A DNA stretch of 44,906 bases from Clostridia bacterium (GCA_045580405.1 JAZNNT010000153.1:1-44906), one strand, 5' to 3'; positions 19,737 to 29,256 are shown, numbered from the stretch's first letter. The notes: generated by a model from the letters alone, not told the origin. Numbers and translations: made by a program.

Positions 19737-19826
19737 TCAAGAGGCAAAATTAAAATAAAAAATAATATTCTTATAATTATTATGTAAACCAGAAAATGTG
19801 AAAAACCTTAGGGATTATGGGAAAGG

Positions 19827-19871
19827 TTTTCCACATAAAATTGAAAAATATTCCACAAAAAATGTGGATAA
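19827..19871. promoter_or_regulatory. DnaA boxes immediately upstream of dnaA
   Basis: TTTTCCACA (19827-19835, 8/9), TATTCCACA (19849-19857, 8/9) and perfect TGTGGATAA (19863-19871). Confidence 0.75.
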
Positions 19872-19895
19872 ATCAAAAAAATGAGGTGAAATCAC

Positions 19896-21218
19896 TTGTT
19901 TTCCGTATCAGATCTCTACGAAAAGGTAGTAGACATAATAAAAAGCGAGATTTCCCCGGTGGCATACAGTACCTGGTTTTCCTCCGTCACCCCGGAAAAA
20001 ATCGAAAATGACATCTTTTATTTCCGCGTTCCCATTGATTATACCCGGGATATGATTGAGAAAAAATATTCGGAACTGGTTAAAACTGCAGTTGTAACTG
20101 CCTCCCAGGGACAGATTTCTGATTTTTGTTTCTTAGTGGATGACAGAAGAAATGCTCCCTCTGTGTTAGACCGTTTTTCCGATTCTCGGGAGGAACTGTC
20201 TACCTTAAATAAAAAATATACTTTCCAAAATTTTGTAATCGGTGAATCCAACCGTTTTGCTCATGCGGCAGCCATTGCCGTGGCGGAAAGTCCGGCAGAA
20301 AACTACAATCCTTTATTTATTTATGGCGGGGTTGGTTTAGGAAAAACTCATCTTTTGCATGCAATCGGAAACAGAATCAAAGAAAATGATCCCCAAAAAA
20401 AGGTGTTGTACTTAACTTCCGAATCCTTTACCAATGAATTTATTGATTCCATTAAATCCGGTCAGAATACCGCATTTCGTGATAAGCTTCGTAATATTGA
20501 CGTGTTGATGGTAGATGATATTCAGTTTATCGGCGGGAAGGAAGGTACGCAGGAAGAATTTTTCCATACCTTTAATCATCTGTATCATAATGATAAACAG
20601 ATTGTGTTATCCTCTGACCGTCCTCCAAAAGATATCAGAACGCTGGAAGAACGACTCAGAACCCGTTTTGAAGCAGGCTTAATGTGTGACATTAATGCTC
20701 CTGATTTAGAAACCAGAATTGCAATTTTAAAGAAGAAAACCGAAGAAGAAAACTTCCCCATTGACGATGAAATTATCCAGTTTATTGCATCTAAAATCAA
20801 ATCCAATGTTCGTGAGCTGGAAGGAATTTTTACCCGTTTGGTAGCATTAACCAAGCTTTCTAAAAAAGAAATCACCAAGGAACTGGCAGAAGATGTGATT
20901 AAAGTGATTATTGCAGATTCCAAAAAGTCAAAACCGGGTATTGAAACCGTAATGGTAGAAACTGCAGGTTACTTTAACATTGATCCACAGCTTTTAAAAT
21001 CCTCTTCCAAAAAGAAGGAAATTGTGAAAGCACGTCAGGTTGCCATGTTCTTAGCAAGAGAAGTTTTAGAAATGAGTACCACCAAAATTGGTGAAGAATT
21101 TGGCGGCAGAGACCATTCCACCGTGATGTATTCCATCGAAAAAATTAAGGAAATCAGAAAAACAGACGCTTATATTGATACCATTATTGAGGAAATCACC
21201 GGCCTCTTAGAAGATTAG
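19896..21218 (+). CDS. dnaA: chromosomal replication initiator DnaA
   Basis: AAA+ motif GGVGLGKTHLLHA and C-terminal DNA-binding ..FGGRDHSTVMYS... TTG start 7 nt after GAGGTG. Confidence 0.95.
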   Translation: MFSVSDLYEKVVDIIKSEISPVAYSTWFSSVTPEKIENDIFYFRVPIDYTRDMIEKKYSELVKTAVVTASQGQISDFCFLVDDRRNAPSVLDRFSDSREELSTLNKKYTFQNFVIGESNRFAHAAAIAVAESPAENYNPLFIYGGVGLGKTHLLHAIGNRIKENDPQKKVLYLTSESFTNEFIDSIKSGQNTAFRDKLRNIDVLMVDDIQFIGGKEGTQEEFFHTFNHLYHNDKQIVLSSDRPPKDIRTLEERLRTRFEAGLMCDINAPDLETRIAILKKKTEEENFPIDDEIIQFIASKIKSNVRELEGIFTRLVALTKLSKKEITKELAEDVIKVIIADSKKSKPGIETVMVETAGYFNIDPQLLKSSSKKKEIVKARQVAMFLAREVLEMSTTKIGEEFGGRDHSTVMYSIEKIKEIRKTDAYIDTIIEEITGLLED

Positions 21219-22082
21219 TTTTTTTAGTACAACACTATTATCAGATAGCAGAAACTTTGCAGTTTATTGTTCTATGATCTGATACGCCTTTTTGGAATAA
21301 CTCTATTTGAAAACAGCAGAAATTTAAAAGTTTGTTTTTCGATTTACCGGTACCCGCTTTTTTAGGATATTGATATAAAACAGGATGAATCATGAAAAAA
21401 TGAAAACCTGATATCTTACTTTTTCTAAAAAAGGTTCTTACATAGAGAAAAACCTTCCAAAAATCTGCTATTATAATATATAATGGTATAACCGTTTCAT
21501 ACCCTGAAGCGAAAATAATTTCCAATTGAAACATTCCGAAATAAAAAAAATTCTACAGAAATTGGGGATAGATCCTGTGGAATCAAACAAAATTCCTGTG
21601 TAATTTGATAGAGTTCTCCACAACCAATTTTATAAAAAAATTTTTCTTTCAAAAGATTCCACAAATTGATACACAATCCCACAGGGAATTTCAGGGAAAA
21701 AGCTGTGGAGAAAAATTCCCTATTCTATGCTATGTGGAAAGCAATCATTTTATGCACAAGTTGTTACAAAAGTTATAAACAGTGAAAATCCTGATATTTT
21801 CAAGGAAAAAGAGGTTATTCAACAATTCCCCAATCCCTATTACAATATACTGTTTATCCTGATTTATTTTCCTTTATAATATCCTGATTGATTTTGATAT
21901 TTCTTAGAATCATTATTTTGGGAAAGTGTTATAACAAAAAAATATTTCAAAGGTACGATTTGTAAAAATTTTATATTTCTTAAATAAGTACCATACCAAA
22001 AATATTTGCAAGGTAGAAATTTATAATTTACACAATCTTCAGACAGTGCCATACCAAAAGAAACAAGGAGTGAAACATCAAA
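21219..22082. other. dnaA-dnaN intergenic oriC half (AT-rich, DnaA-box cluster)
   Basis: 864 bp without a credible ORF. Boxes: TTCTCCACA (21614-21622, 8/9), TGTGGAGAA (21704-21712, 8/9), TGTGGAATC (21576-21584) and TGTGGAAAG (21733-21741). Long A/T tracts. Confidence 0.7.
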
Positions 22083-23177
22083 ATGAAGTTTAGTTTTTTA
22101 AAAGAAGTATTCTTAGAAAATTTGTCTACCGTGTTGAAAGCGGTATCCCCAAAAGCAACCATTCCTCAGCTGGAAGGGGTATACATTTCAGCTCGCGACA
22201 ATATGATTACGTTAATCGGAAATAACACCGAAATTGCCATCAAAGCCCGTTTTGAAGCAGATGTGGAGGAAGAAGGCGTTGGAGTGATCAATGCCAAAAA
22301 CTTATTTGACATGGTTCGTCTGATGCCGGAAGGAACGGTTAGTATTTCGGTGGACGAAAAACTGACTACCGTCATAAAATCCGGTGCTACCCGTTATGAA
22401 ATTGTGGCAATGGATGCAGAAATGTTCCCTGTGGTGGAAGAATTAAACTGTGAATTTTCTTTAAAAATTACTGAACAGAAATTAAAAGAGCTGATTAAGA
22501 AAACTCTGTTCTCCATTGGAACTGCAGATACCAAAATTACCTTTACCGGTGCTTTGTTTGAAGTGAAGGATAACGAATTAACCGTGGTTACCTTAGACGG
22601 CTACCGTATGGCGGTGAGAAAAGAAGAAATTTATCCTACCGGCGAAAACCGTTCTTACATTATTCCCGGTAAGAGCTTAAATGAGCTGTTAAAAATCTTA
22701 GCAGATACCAAGGATGACACCGTGATTGAATTTGGTGACAGAAAAGCTCTGGTAAAGCTGGATAACTACGAATTTTATACCAGACTCATTGACGGGGAAT
22801 TTTTTAATTACGAACAGATTATCCCCAAAAACGCCGAAATCAAGGTGAAAGCCGTAACCAAAGAATTAACCGATGCATTAGAGAGAGCATCCCTTTTAAT
22901 CACTGCAGACAATAAAGCTCCCATCCGTATGCACCTGGAAGAGGATAAAATGCATTTAAACACCATTTCCAGAATCGGTCACGCCCAGGACATGATTCAT
23001 ATTGAAAAAACCGGTGACGATTTGGAAATCGGCTTTAATCATAAATTTTTATTGGATGCCCTAAAAGCATCTGAAACCGACGAAATTTTCCTGGATTTCA
23101 GTAATAATTTAAGTCCCTGTATTTTGCGTGGAGAAACGGACGAATTTTTGTATATGGTACTTCCTGTACGCTTGTAA
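22083..23177 (+). CDS. dnaN: DNA polymerase III beta sliding clamp
   Basis: 364 aa, follows dnaA. Typical ..LDGYRM.. and C-terminal ..MVLPVRL. Confidence 0.95.
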   Translation: MKFSFLKEVFLENLSTVLKAVSPKATIPQLEGVYISARDNMITLIGNNTEIAIKARFEADVEEEGVGVINAKNLFDMVRLMPEGTVSISVDEKLTTVIKSGATRYEIVAMDAEMFPVVEELNCEFSLKITEQKLKELIKKTLFSIGTADTKITFTGALFEVKDNELTVVTLDGYRMAVRKEEIYPTGENRSYIIPGKSLNELLKILADTKDDTVIEFGDRKALVKLDNYEFYTRLIDGEFFNYEQIIPKNAEIKVKAVTKELTDALERASLLITADNKAPIRMHLEEDKMHLNTISRIGHAQDMIHIEKTGDDLEIGFNHKFLLDALKASETDEIFLDFSNNLSPCILRGETDEFLYMVLPVRL

Positions 23178-23290
23178 AATGGCGCACAATTCGTGAATTT
23201 CACCACTCGCTGTACATAAAAGTACAGCTTCGGGTTCAATTTCCAAATTCTGCAACCATTTTCCTGCACGTTTTGAAATATTTGAAAGAG
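23170..23290 (+). repeat. single unit of the 3'-end repeat family
   Basis: GCTTGTAAAATGGCGCACAAT...TCACCACTC, hairpin GCTGTAC-ataaaa-GTACAGC, then TTCGGGTTC...AATTCTGCAACCATTTTCCTGCAC. The head supplies the dnaN stop codon. Confidence 0.75.
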
Positions 23291-23348
23291 TGAATCTTTT
23301 CTAAAAAAGAAAGTAAAAAGAAACCAAAAAAAGGAGAACCCCTGCACT

Positions 23349-24434
23349 ATGAAAAAAACAGCATTAACTCTGGAAGGTACCAATGATATCTTATTTTCCG
23401 AGTGCCAGTTTAAGCATCAGATTGAGGATAGCATTTTAGGATGCTTCGAGTCCTACGGCTATTTTCCTCTGGAAACACCCTTAATGGAATATGACAGCGT
23501 GTTTTTTGGAAATTCTGATGCAGAAGGTCTGTACCGTCTGGTAGACAGAACCGGTGCAGTGGTATCTCTACGTCCCGATATGACCATGCCCATTGCCAGA
23601 GTGGCAGCAACCAAATTATACGATCAGCTTCCCGTAAGAGCATCTTATTTAGGGAATGTATATCGTTTTTTGGATCCCACCAAAGGCGGCAGACAAAATG
23701 AATTTACCCAGGCAGGCATCGAGCTTTTAGGAGAAAAAGGAACCTTTTATGATGCGGAGGTTATTGCCGCAACGGTGAATGCTCTCCTGGATGCAGGTGC
23801 TACTGACTTTATGGTGGAACTTGGAAACGTAAACTTTGTAAGAGGACTGTTATCCGAAAGTCATCTTTCTGAGGAACTCCAAGACGAAATTAACGAGTTG
23901 ATGGTGAAAAAAGACATTTTATCGATGGAAGAAGTATTAGAAACCGTTACCTTAGATGCCACCATTAAGGATATTATTCTAAAGCTTCCCACCTTATTTG
24001 GAGGAAAAGAAATTTTAGATGAAATGCTTCTAAAAAAACTTCCCGAACCCTCTAAAAAAGCTTTAACCGAGCTTTTGGAAATTTATACGTATCTTTCTTA
24101 CTACGGCTACGAAAACTACATTACCTTCGATCTCGGAATGAATAAAAATATGGATTACTACACCGGTATGATTTTTAAAATTTTCCATCAGGGTGTGGGC
24201 TTTCCTGTTGCCGGCGGAGGACGATATGACAAGTTGATTTCCCGTTTTGGCAAAGAAATTCCTGCAACCGGTTCTGCCATTTATATCAACCGTTTGACCG
24301 ACGGTATGAGCCATGTTATTTCGTTTACGCCCCCAAAAGCAGACGAACAGTTAACGGGTGATGACAAAAAAGCTTTAATTGAAAAAGCCAAAGAATTACG
24401 GAAAGCGGGCAAGTCTGTAATCGTGAACGGGTAA
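23349..24434 (+). CDS. hisZ: ATP phosphoribosyltransferase regulatory subunit (HisRS paralogue)
   Basis: 361-aa HisRS-like ORF directly upstream of short-form hisG. Confidence 0.8.
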   Translation: MKKTALTLEGTNDILFSECQFKHQIEDSILGCFESYGYFPLETPLMEYDSVFFGNSDAEGLYRLVDRTGAVVSLRPDMTMPIARVAATKLYDQLPVRASYLGNVYRFLDPTKGGRQNEFTQAGIELLGEKGTFYDAEVIAATVNALLDAGATDFMVELGNVNFVRGLLSESHLSEELQDEINELMVKKDILSMEEVLETVTLDATIKDIILKLPTLFGGKEILDEMLLKKLPEPSKKALTELLEIYTYLSYYGYENYITFDLGMNKNMDYYTGMIFKIFHQGVGFPVAGGGRYDKLISRFGKEIPATGSAIYINRLTDGMSHVISFTPPKADEQLTGDDKKALIEKAKELRKAGKSVIVNG

Positions 24435-24447
24435 GGAGGACTAAAAA

Positions 24448-25083
24448 ATGGAATATATTACCGTTGCATTGGCGAAAGGCCGTTTAGGTGACTACGCTGC
24501 TGAAATTTTCGGAAAAGCCGGCTACGACATTTCCTGTCTGGAAGACAAAGGCAGAAAGCTGATTTTTACGGATGAAATTGGCAAAATCAAATATATTTTA
24601 GTGAAAGCCTCCGATGTGCCCTGCTATGTGGAATACGGTGCAGCCGATATCGGTGTGGTGGGCAAAGACACTATTTTGGAAGAGGGAAGAAGCTTATACG
24701 AAGTTTTGAATCTTAATTTCGGAAAGTGCAGAATGTGTGTGTGTGGTCCTGAAGAAGCCAAAGAAAAATTAAAAAGCCGTGTGTCCTCCCTAAAGGTTGC
24801 CACCAAATACCCCAATATTGCAAGAAGCTATTTTAAAGATGTGAAAAAGCAGTCTCCCGACATTATCAAATTAAACGGTTCTATTGAATTGGCACCCATT
24901 GTGGGCTTATCCGATGTCATCGTGGATATTGTGGAATCGGGAAAAACTTTGGAAGAAAACGGACTGGGCGTGCTAGAAGAAGTGTGTCAGCTGTCTGCAC
25001 GCCTCATTGTGAATAAAGTCAGCATGAAAATGAAAAAACAAATTGTGCCCATGATTGAAAAAGTGAAAGCGGTTATAGAATAA
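24448..25083 (+). CDS. hisG: ATP phosphoribosyltransferase, short form
   Basis: 211 aa with the typical hisG N-terminus ..[10 protein letters not shown]... Confidence 0.9.
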   Translation: MEYITVALAKGRLGDYAAEIFGKAGYDISCLEDKGRKLIFTDEIGKIKYILVKASDVPCYVEYGAADIGVVGKDTILEEGRSLYEVLNLNFGKCRMCVCGPEEAKEKLKSRVSSLKVATKYPNIARSYFKDVKKQSPDIIKLNGSIELAPIVGLSDVIVDIVESGKTLEENGLGVLEEVCQLSARLIVNKVSMKMKKQIVPMIEKVKAVIE

Positions 25084-25084
25084 T

Positions 25085-25684
25085 ATGATAGCAATTATTG
25101 ATTACGGCGCAGGAAACCTGTTTGGAGTTTCCAATGCGTTAAAACAGTTTACAAAAGAAGTGGAAATTACTTCCGACAAAGACACCATCCGTGCTGCCGA
25201 CCATGTGATTTTGCCCGGTGTTGGCAGCTTTGACGATGCTATGGGTAGTATCAACCGTTCCGGTTTAATAGAAACTGTCTACGAGGTGATCGATAAAAAA
25301 ACTCCTTTTTTGGGAATCTGCGTGGGGCTTCAGATGTGTTTTGAAAAATCCGAGGAGGGAGTATTGCCCGGTCTTGGCATTTTTCCCGGAGAAATCAAAA
25401 AGTTTCCTGTTGACATTTGTAAAAAAGTGCCTCAGATTGGCTGGAATCGGGTCACTACTAAAGAAAGTCCCCTGTTTTTAGACTTACCCGATGACTACTT
25501 CTATTTTGTGCATAGCTACTATCTGGAAGCCAAAAACCGTGACGAAGTAATTGCCACGGCAGAATACGGTATCCCCTTTGACTGTGCTTATCAGAAAGAT
25601 AATGTGTTTTTAACCCAGTTTCATCCCGAAAAAAGCGGCAAAACCGGACTGAAGCTATTGGAAAATTTTTTGGCAGTGAAATAG
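25085..25684 (+). CDS. hisH: imidazole glycerol phosphate synthase glutaminase subunit
   Basis: Class I GATase: ..PFLGICVGLQM.. and ..QFHPEKSG... Confidence 0.9.
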   Translation: MIAIIDYGAGNLFGVSNALKQFTKEVEITSDKDTIRAADHVILPGVGSFDDAMGSINRSGLIETVYEVIDKKTPFLGICVGLQMCFEKSEEGVLPGLGIFPGEIKKFPVDICKKVPQIGWNRVTTKESPLFLDLPDDYFYFVHSYYLEAKNRDEVIATAEYGIPFDCAYQKDNVFLTQFHPEKSGKTGLKLLENFLAVK

Positions 25685-26127
25685 CCTTCTCCTTTGAGGA
25701 GAAGGGGGACCGCTTGCGGTGGATGAGGTGTTTTGAAATGAATCCGTTTCAGAATCAAAAACTGACCGACAATGCCAAATCTTTACGAAAAGAAATGACC
25801 AAAGAAGAACGTCATCTTTGGTATGATTTTTTAAAAACATTACCCGTTACTGTCCATCGGCAAAAAGTCATTGGCAGCTATATTGTGGATTTTTATATCG
25901 CATCTGCCAAATTAGTGATTGAACTGGACGGTTCCCAGCATTTTGAAGATGGACATCAACTACGGGATATCAAAAGAGACGAATACCTGATGAAATTAGG
26001 GATTCGGGTACTTCGATATACTAATTTAGAAATTCAAAAAAACTTTCAAGGTGTTTGTTTGGATATTGTAAACCATTTAGACACCTCATCAGTCACTTCG
26101 TGACAGCTTCTCCTCAAGGAGAAGCCT
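25683..26127 (+). mobile_element. 445-bp DUF559 cassette with structured inverted termini (copy 1; mobility is a hypothesis)
   Basis: 5' end: AGCCTTCTCC hairpin, ACCGC/GCGGT hairpin, then GGATGAGGTGT. 3' end: ACACCTCATCA, GTCAC/GTGAC hairpin, then GCTTCTCC/GGAGAAGC hairpin. A second cassette of identical length lies at 29280-29724. Confidence 0.6.
25738..26103 (+). CDS. DUF559-type (Vsr-fold endonuclease-like) protein
   Basis: 121 aa. Core ..YIVDFYIASAKLVIELDGSQH..RDIKRDEYLMKLGIRVLRY.. matches the DUF559 pattern. ATG 25738 lies 7 nt after GAGGTG. Confidence 0.75.
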   Translation: MNPFQNQKLTDNAKSLRKEMTKEERHLWYDFLKTLPVTVHRQKVIGSYIVDFYIASAKLVIELDGSQHFEDGHQLRDIKRDEYLMKLGIRVLRYTNLEIQKNFQGVCLDIVNHLDTSSVTS

Positions 26128-26132
26128 AAAAT

Positions 26133-26834
26133 ATGACAGAAAGGAGGTTTTTTGATATCATGGAACAAAAAATCGGATACGTCTTCAAAAATAAAGAACT
26201 GCTTCGTAACGCTTTAACAAGACGTTCCTATGCCGTGGAGCATAATTTAACCGAATACAATCAGCGGTTGGAATTTTTGGGAGATTCGGTATTAGGCTTA
26301 ACAATTGCCGAGGAGCTTTACAAACTGCTTCCCGATGTGAAGGAAGGGGAGCTGACTAAGTTAAAAGCATCTGTGGTTTGTGAAAAATCCTTGGCCATTG
26401 TGGCAAACCGTTTGGAAATCCCCCGTTATCTTCTGATTGGGAACGGAGAAAAGCTGTTGGGCATTGAAAAACTGGATTCTACCACCTCAGATACTTTAGA
26501 AGCCATTTTTGGTGCCGTGTTTTTAGACAGCGATTTCCCCACCGCCAAGGAAGTTGTGCTTCGCCTGATGCGTGACGCGGTGGCAGACACGGTGAAAAAC
26601 CGAAATGTGCTGGATTCCAAGTCTAAGCTCCAGGAACTGGTGCAAAAGGAATCCAAAGTGGATTTAGTGTATGAACTGGTAAAATCCGAAGGGCCTGATC
26701 ACGATAAGCATTTTGTATCTCAGGTGTCTCATCTGGGAAAAGTGCTGGGTGTGGGCGAAGGCAAAACCAAAAAAGAGGCAGAAAAGCAAGCTGCCCGAAA
26801 AGCTATTGAAACTTACTACCCCAATGAAGTATAG
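26133..26834 (+). CDS. rnc: ribonuclease III
   Basis: Signature ERLEFLGDSVL and a C-terminal dsRBD (..GEGKTKKEAEKQAA..). Confidence 0.9.
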   Translation: MTERRFFDIMEQKIGYVFKNKELLRNALTRRSYAVEHNLTEYNQRLEFLGDSVLGLTIAEELYKLLPDVKEGELTKLKASVVCEKSLAIVANRLEIPRYLLIGNGEKLLGIEKLDSTTSDTLEAIFGAVFLDSDFPTAKEVVLRLMRDAVADTVKNRNVLDSKSKLQELVQKESKVDLVYELVKSEGPDHDKHFVSQVSHLGKVLGVGEGKTKKEAEKQAARKAIETYYPNEV

Positions 26835-26891
26835 TTTTTTAATTTTTAACAGAACAGAAACAGACTACCCTAAAGAAAGGAATACCAAAAT

Positions 26892-28076
26892 ATGCAGTAT
26901 CACATTTCTGACAATATGAAAACCATGCAGGGTTCTGCCATCCGTGAAATGTTTAAAACCATGGCAAAACCCGGCATTATCTCTTTTGCGGGAGGAAATC
27001 CCTCTCCCTTAACCTTCCCCGTGGACGAAATCAAGGAAATTGCCCAGAGAGTACTTACCGAAATGCCTTCTTTATGTTTGCAGTACGGCATCACCGAAGG
27101 CTATACTCCCTTAATTGAGCAGGTGGAAGCAAGACTTAAAAAACAGGGCATCTATCGGGAAGGATGTAACACCATTATTACCACCGGCGGTCAGCAGGGA
27201 TTGGATTTGGCAGTAAAAAGCATCTTAAATCCCGGTGACACCATCATCGTGGAAGAACCCAGCTTTATCGGTGCGTTAAATTCCTTCCGTACATACGGTG
27301 CCGTGTTAAAAGGGGTACCCGTGGAAGAAGACGGCATGGATATGGAAAAATTGGAAGAGATTTTAAAAAGTGATAACAGAGTGAGAATCATCTATGTGAT
27401 TCCCACCTTCCAAAATCCCACCGGTATCACCATGAGTTTGGAAAAAAGAAAGAAACTGCTTTCCTTAGCATATCAGTACAATGTTGTGATTTTTGAAGAT
27501 AACCCCTACGGCGAGCTTCGTTTTAAAGGGGAAAACGTGCCCACCTTAAAATCTATGGACGAAGAAAATGCGGTCATGTATTTTGGGTCCTTCTCCAAAA
27601 TTTTGGCACCGGGTCTTCGCCTTGGTTTCACTCACGGTATTCCCCAGATTATGGAAAAAATGGTGGTAGCAAAGCAGGTAAACGACGTACATACCAACCT
27701 GTTAACTCAGGTAATCGCATCTGAATGGTTAAAAACCTGCGACATTGATGCTCACATTGGGAAAGCAAGAGAATTATACGGTCATCAATGTGAACTGATG
27801 TTATCGGAAATGGACAAACACTTCCCCAAAGAAGTTACCTATACCCGTCCCGAAGGCGGTCTCTTTATTTGGTGTACCCTACCCGAAGGAATGGATGCGG
27901 CAGGCATCGTGAAAAAAGGGGTAGAAAAGAATGTGGCATTTGTGCCCGGTTCTAACTTTATGACCGATATGGCAAAACCCTGTAATTGCTTCCGCTTAAA
28001 CTATTCCACCATGACTGACGATAAAATTGTGGAAGGCATCGGCATTTTAGCAGACGTGCTGAAAGAAAATCTGTAA
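26892..28076 (+). CDS. PLP-dependent aminotransferase, class I/II
   Basis: 394 aa. ..FAGGNPSP.. and Lys motif ..YFGSFSKILAPGLRLG... Confidence 0.8.
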   Translation: MQYHISDNMKTMQGSAIREMFKTMAKPGIISFAGGNPSPLTFPVDEIKEIAQRVLTEMPSLCLQYGITEGYTPLIEQVEARLKKQGIYREGCNTIITTGGQQGLDLAVKSILNPGDTIIVEEPSFIGALNSFRTYGAVLKGVPVEEDGMDMEKLEEILKSDNRVRIIYVIPTFQNPTGITMSLEKRKKLLSLAYQYNVVIFEDNPYGELRFKGENVPTLKSMDEENAVMYFGSFSKILAPGLRLGFTHGIPQIMEKMVVAKQVNDVHTNLLTQVIASEWLKTCDIDAHIGKARELYGHQCELMLSEMDKHFPKEVTYTRPEGGLFIWCTLPEGMDAAGIVKKGVEKNVAFVPGSNFMTDMAKPCNCFRLNYSTMTDDKIVEGIGILADVLKENL

Positions 28077-28116
28077 TTTGCAGTAGGTTGGTGGATTGGA
28101 AATAGGGTGGCATATA

Positions 28117-28196
28117 AGCCTTCTCCTTTGAGGAGAAGGGGGACCGCTTGCGGTGGATGAGGTGTTTTGTGCCCTTTTTCTGCGCCTTAGAGGTGG
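28117..28196 (+). repeat. solo DUF559-cassette 5' terminus joined to a B-type tail of the 3'-end repeat family
   Basis: 28117-28165 matches the copy-1 5' terminus base for base. It is followed by TGTGCCCTTTTTCTGCGCCTTAGAGGTGG. Confidence 0.8.
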
Positions 28197-28248
28197 CATC
28201 ACCAAATTATAATTTTGATTATCCTAACAGAGACGAGGAGCAAAGAAA

Positions 28249-29256
28249 ATGGAAACTATCGAAAGAAAAAAACGAATCTTTTCGGGCATTCAGCCCTCCG
28301 GACATATCACCATCGGAAACTATATCGGTGCCTTAAAAAACTGGGTAAAACTCCAGGATGAGTATGACTGTGCCTACTGCGTGGTGGATATGCATGCCAT
28401 TACCGTTCGTCAGACTCCTGCGGACCTCCGTAAGCGATGCTTAGACTTTTTAACCCAGTATATTGCTTGCGGACTGGACCCTGAGAAAAACATTATGTTT
28501 ATGCAGTCCCATAACCCTGCTCATGCAGAATTGGCTTGGGTTCTGATGTGCAATTCCTATATGGGTGAGCTGTCCCGTATGACCCAGTTTAAAGATAAAA
28601 CCAAGAACAAGCAGAACGAATCCATTGGTGCAGGGCTGTTTACCTATCCGGTACTGATGGCGGCAGATATTCTCTTATACGGAACCGATTTGGTTCCCGT
28701 TGGTATTGACCAGATGCAGCATCTGGAGTTAGCAAGAGACTTGGCAATCCGTTTTAATAATGTGTATGGTGAAACCTTCACCGTTCCCGAAGGGTATCTT
28801 TCTAAAACCGGTGCCAAAATTATGAGCTTGCAGGAACCCACCAAGAAAATGTCTAAATCTGACGAAAACCCCAAGGCCTATATCACCGTGACAGACGATC
28901 CTGATGCAATTACCAAAAAAATCAAGTCTGCTGTGACCGACAGCGATATGAAAATCTGCCGTGGGGAAGGCAAAGAGGGTATCGAAAACTTAATGAGCAT
29001 TATGGGTGCCATCACCGGTAAGTCTTTTGAAGAAATCGAAGCCCAGTACCAGGGCAAAAACTACGGTATCTTTAAAGCGGATGTGGCAGAATGCGTGGTG
29101 GAAGAATTACGCCCCGTAAGAGAAAAATACTTGCAATTACAGGGAGATAAGGCATATTTAGAGCAGATTTATAAGCAAGGCGCCGAAAAGGCATGTCTTG
29201 CTTCCCGCAAAATTTTAAGAAAAGTGTATAAAAAAATCGGCTTTATCGAACGGTAG
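28249..29256 (+). CDS. trpS: tryptophan--tRNA ligase
   Basis: HIGH-type ..PSGHITIGNY.. and the KMSKS motif. Confidence 0.95.
   Translation: METIERKKRIFSGIQPSGHITIGNYIGALKNWVKLQDEYDCAYCVVDMHAITVRQTPADLRKRCLDFLTQYIACGLDPEKNIMFMQSHNPAHAELAWVLMCNSYMGELSRMTQFKDKTKNKQNESIGAGLFTYPVLMAADILLYGTDLVPVGIDQMQHLELARDLAIRFNNVYGETFTVPEGYLSKTGAKIMSLQEPTKKMSKSDENPKAYITVTDDPDAITKKIKSAVTDSDMKICRGEGKEGIENLMSIMGAITGKSFEEIEAQYQGKNYGIFKADVAECVVEELRPVREKYLQLQGDKAYLEQIYKQGAEKACLASRKILRKVYKKIGFIER

Noticed and set aside
21241-21534. 97-aa minus-strand ORF (and 21497-21682, 21864-22052) in the dnaA-dnaN spacer.
   Set aside because: AT-rich origin DNA carrying DnaA boxes. Composition is F/I/K-rich with no RBS and no recognisable family.
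25714-25737. MRWMRCF... N-terminal extensions of the DUF559 ORFs (also 29311-29334) and the 62-aa ORF 28148-28336, which starts with the same peptide.
   Set aside because: The shared peptide comes from translating the conserved GGTGGATGAGGTGT terminus module, which contains the SD for the real ATG 7 nt downstream. The 28148 ORF has no coding-like continuation.
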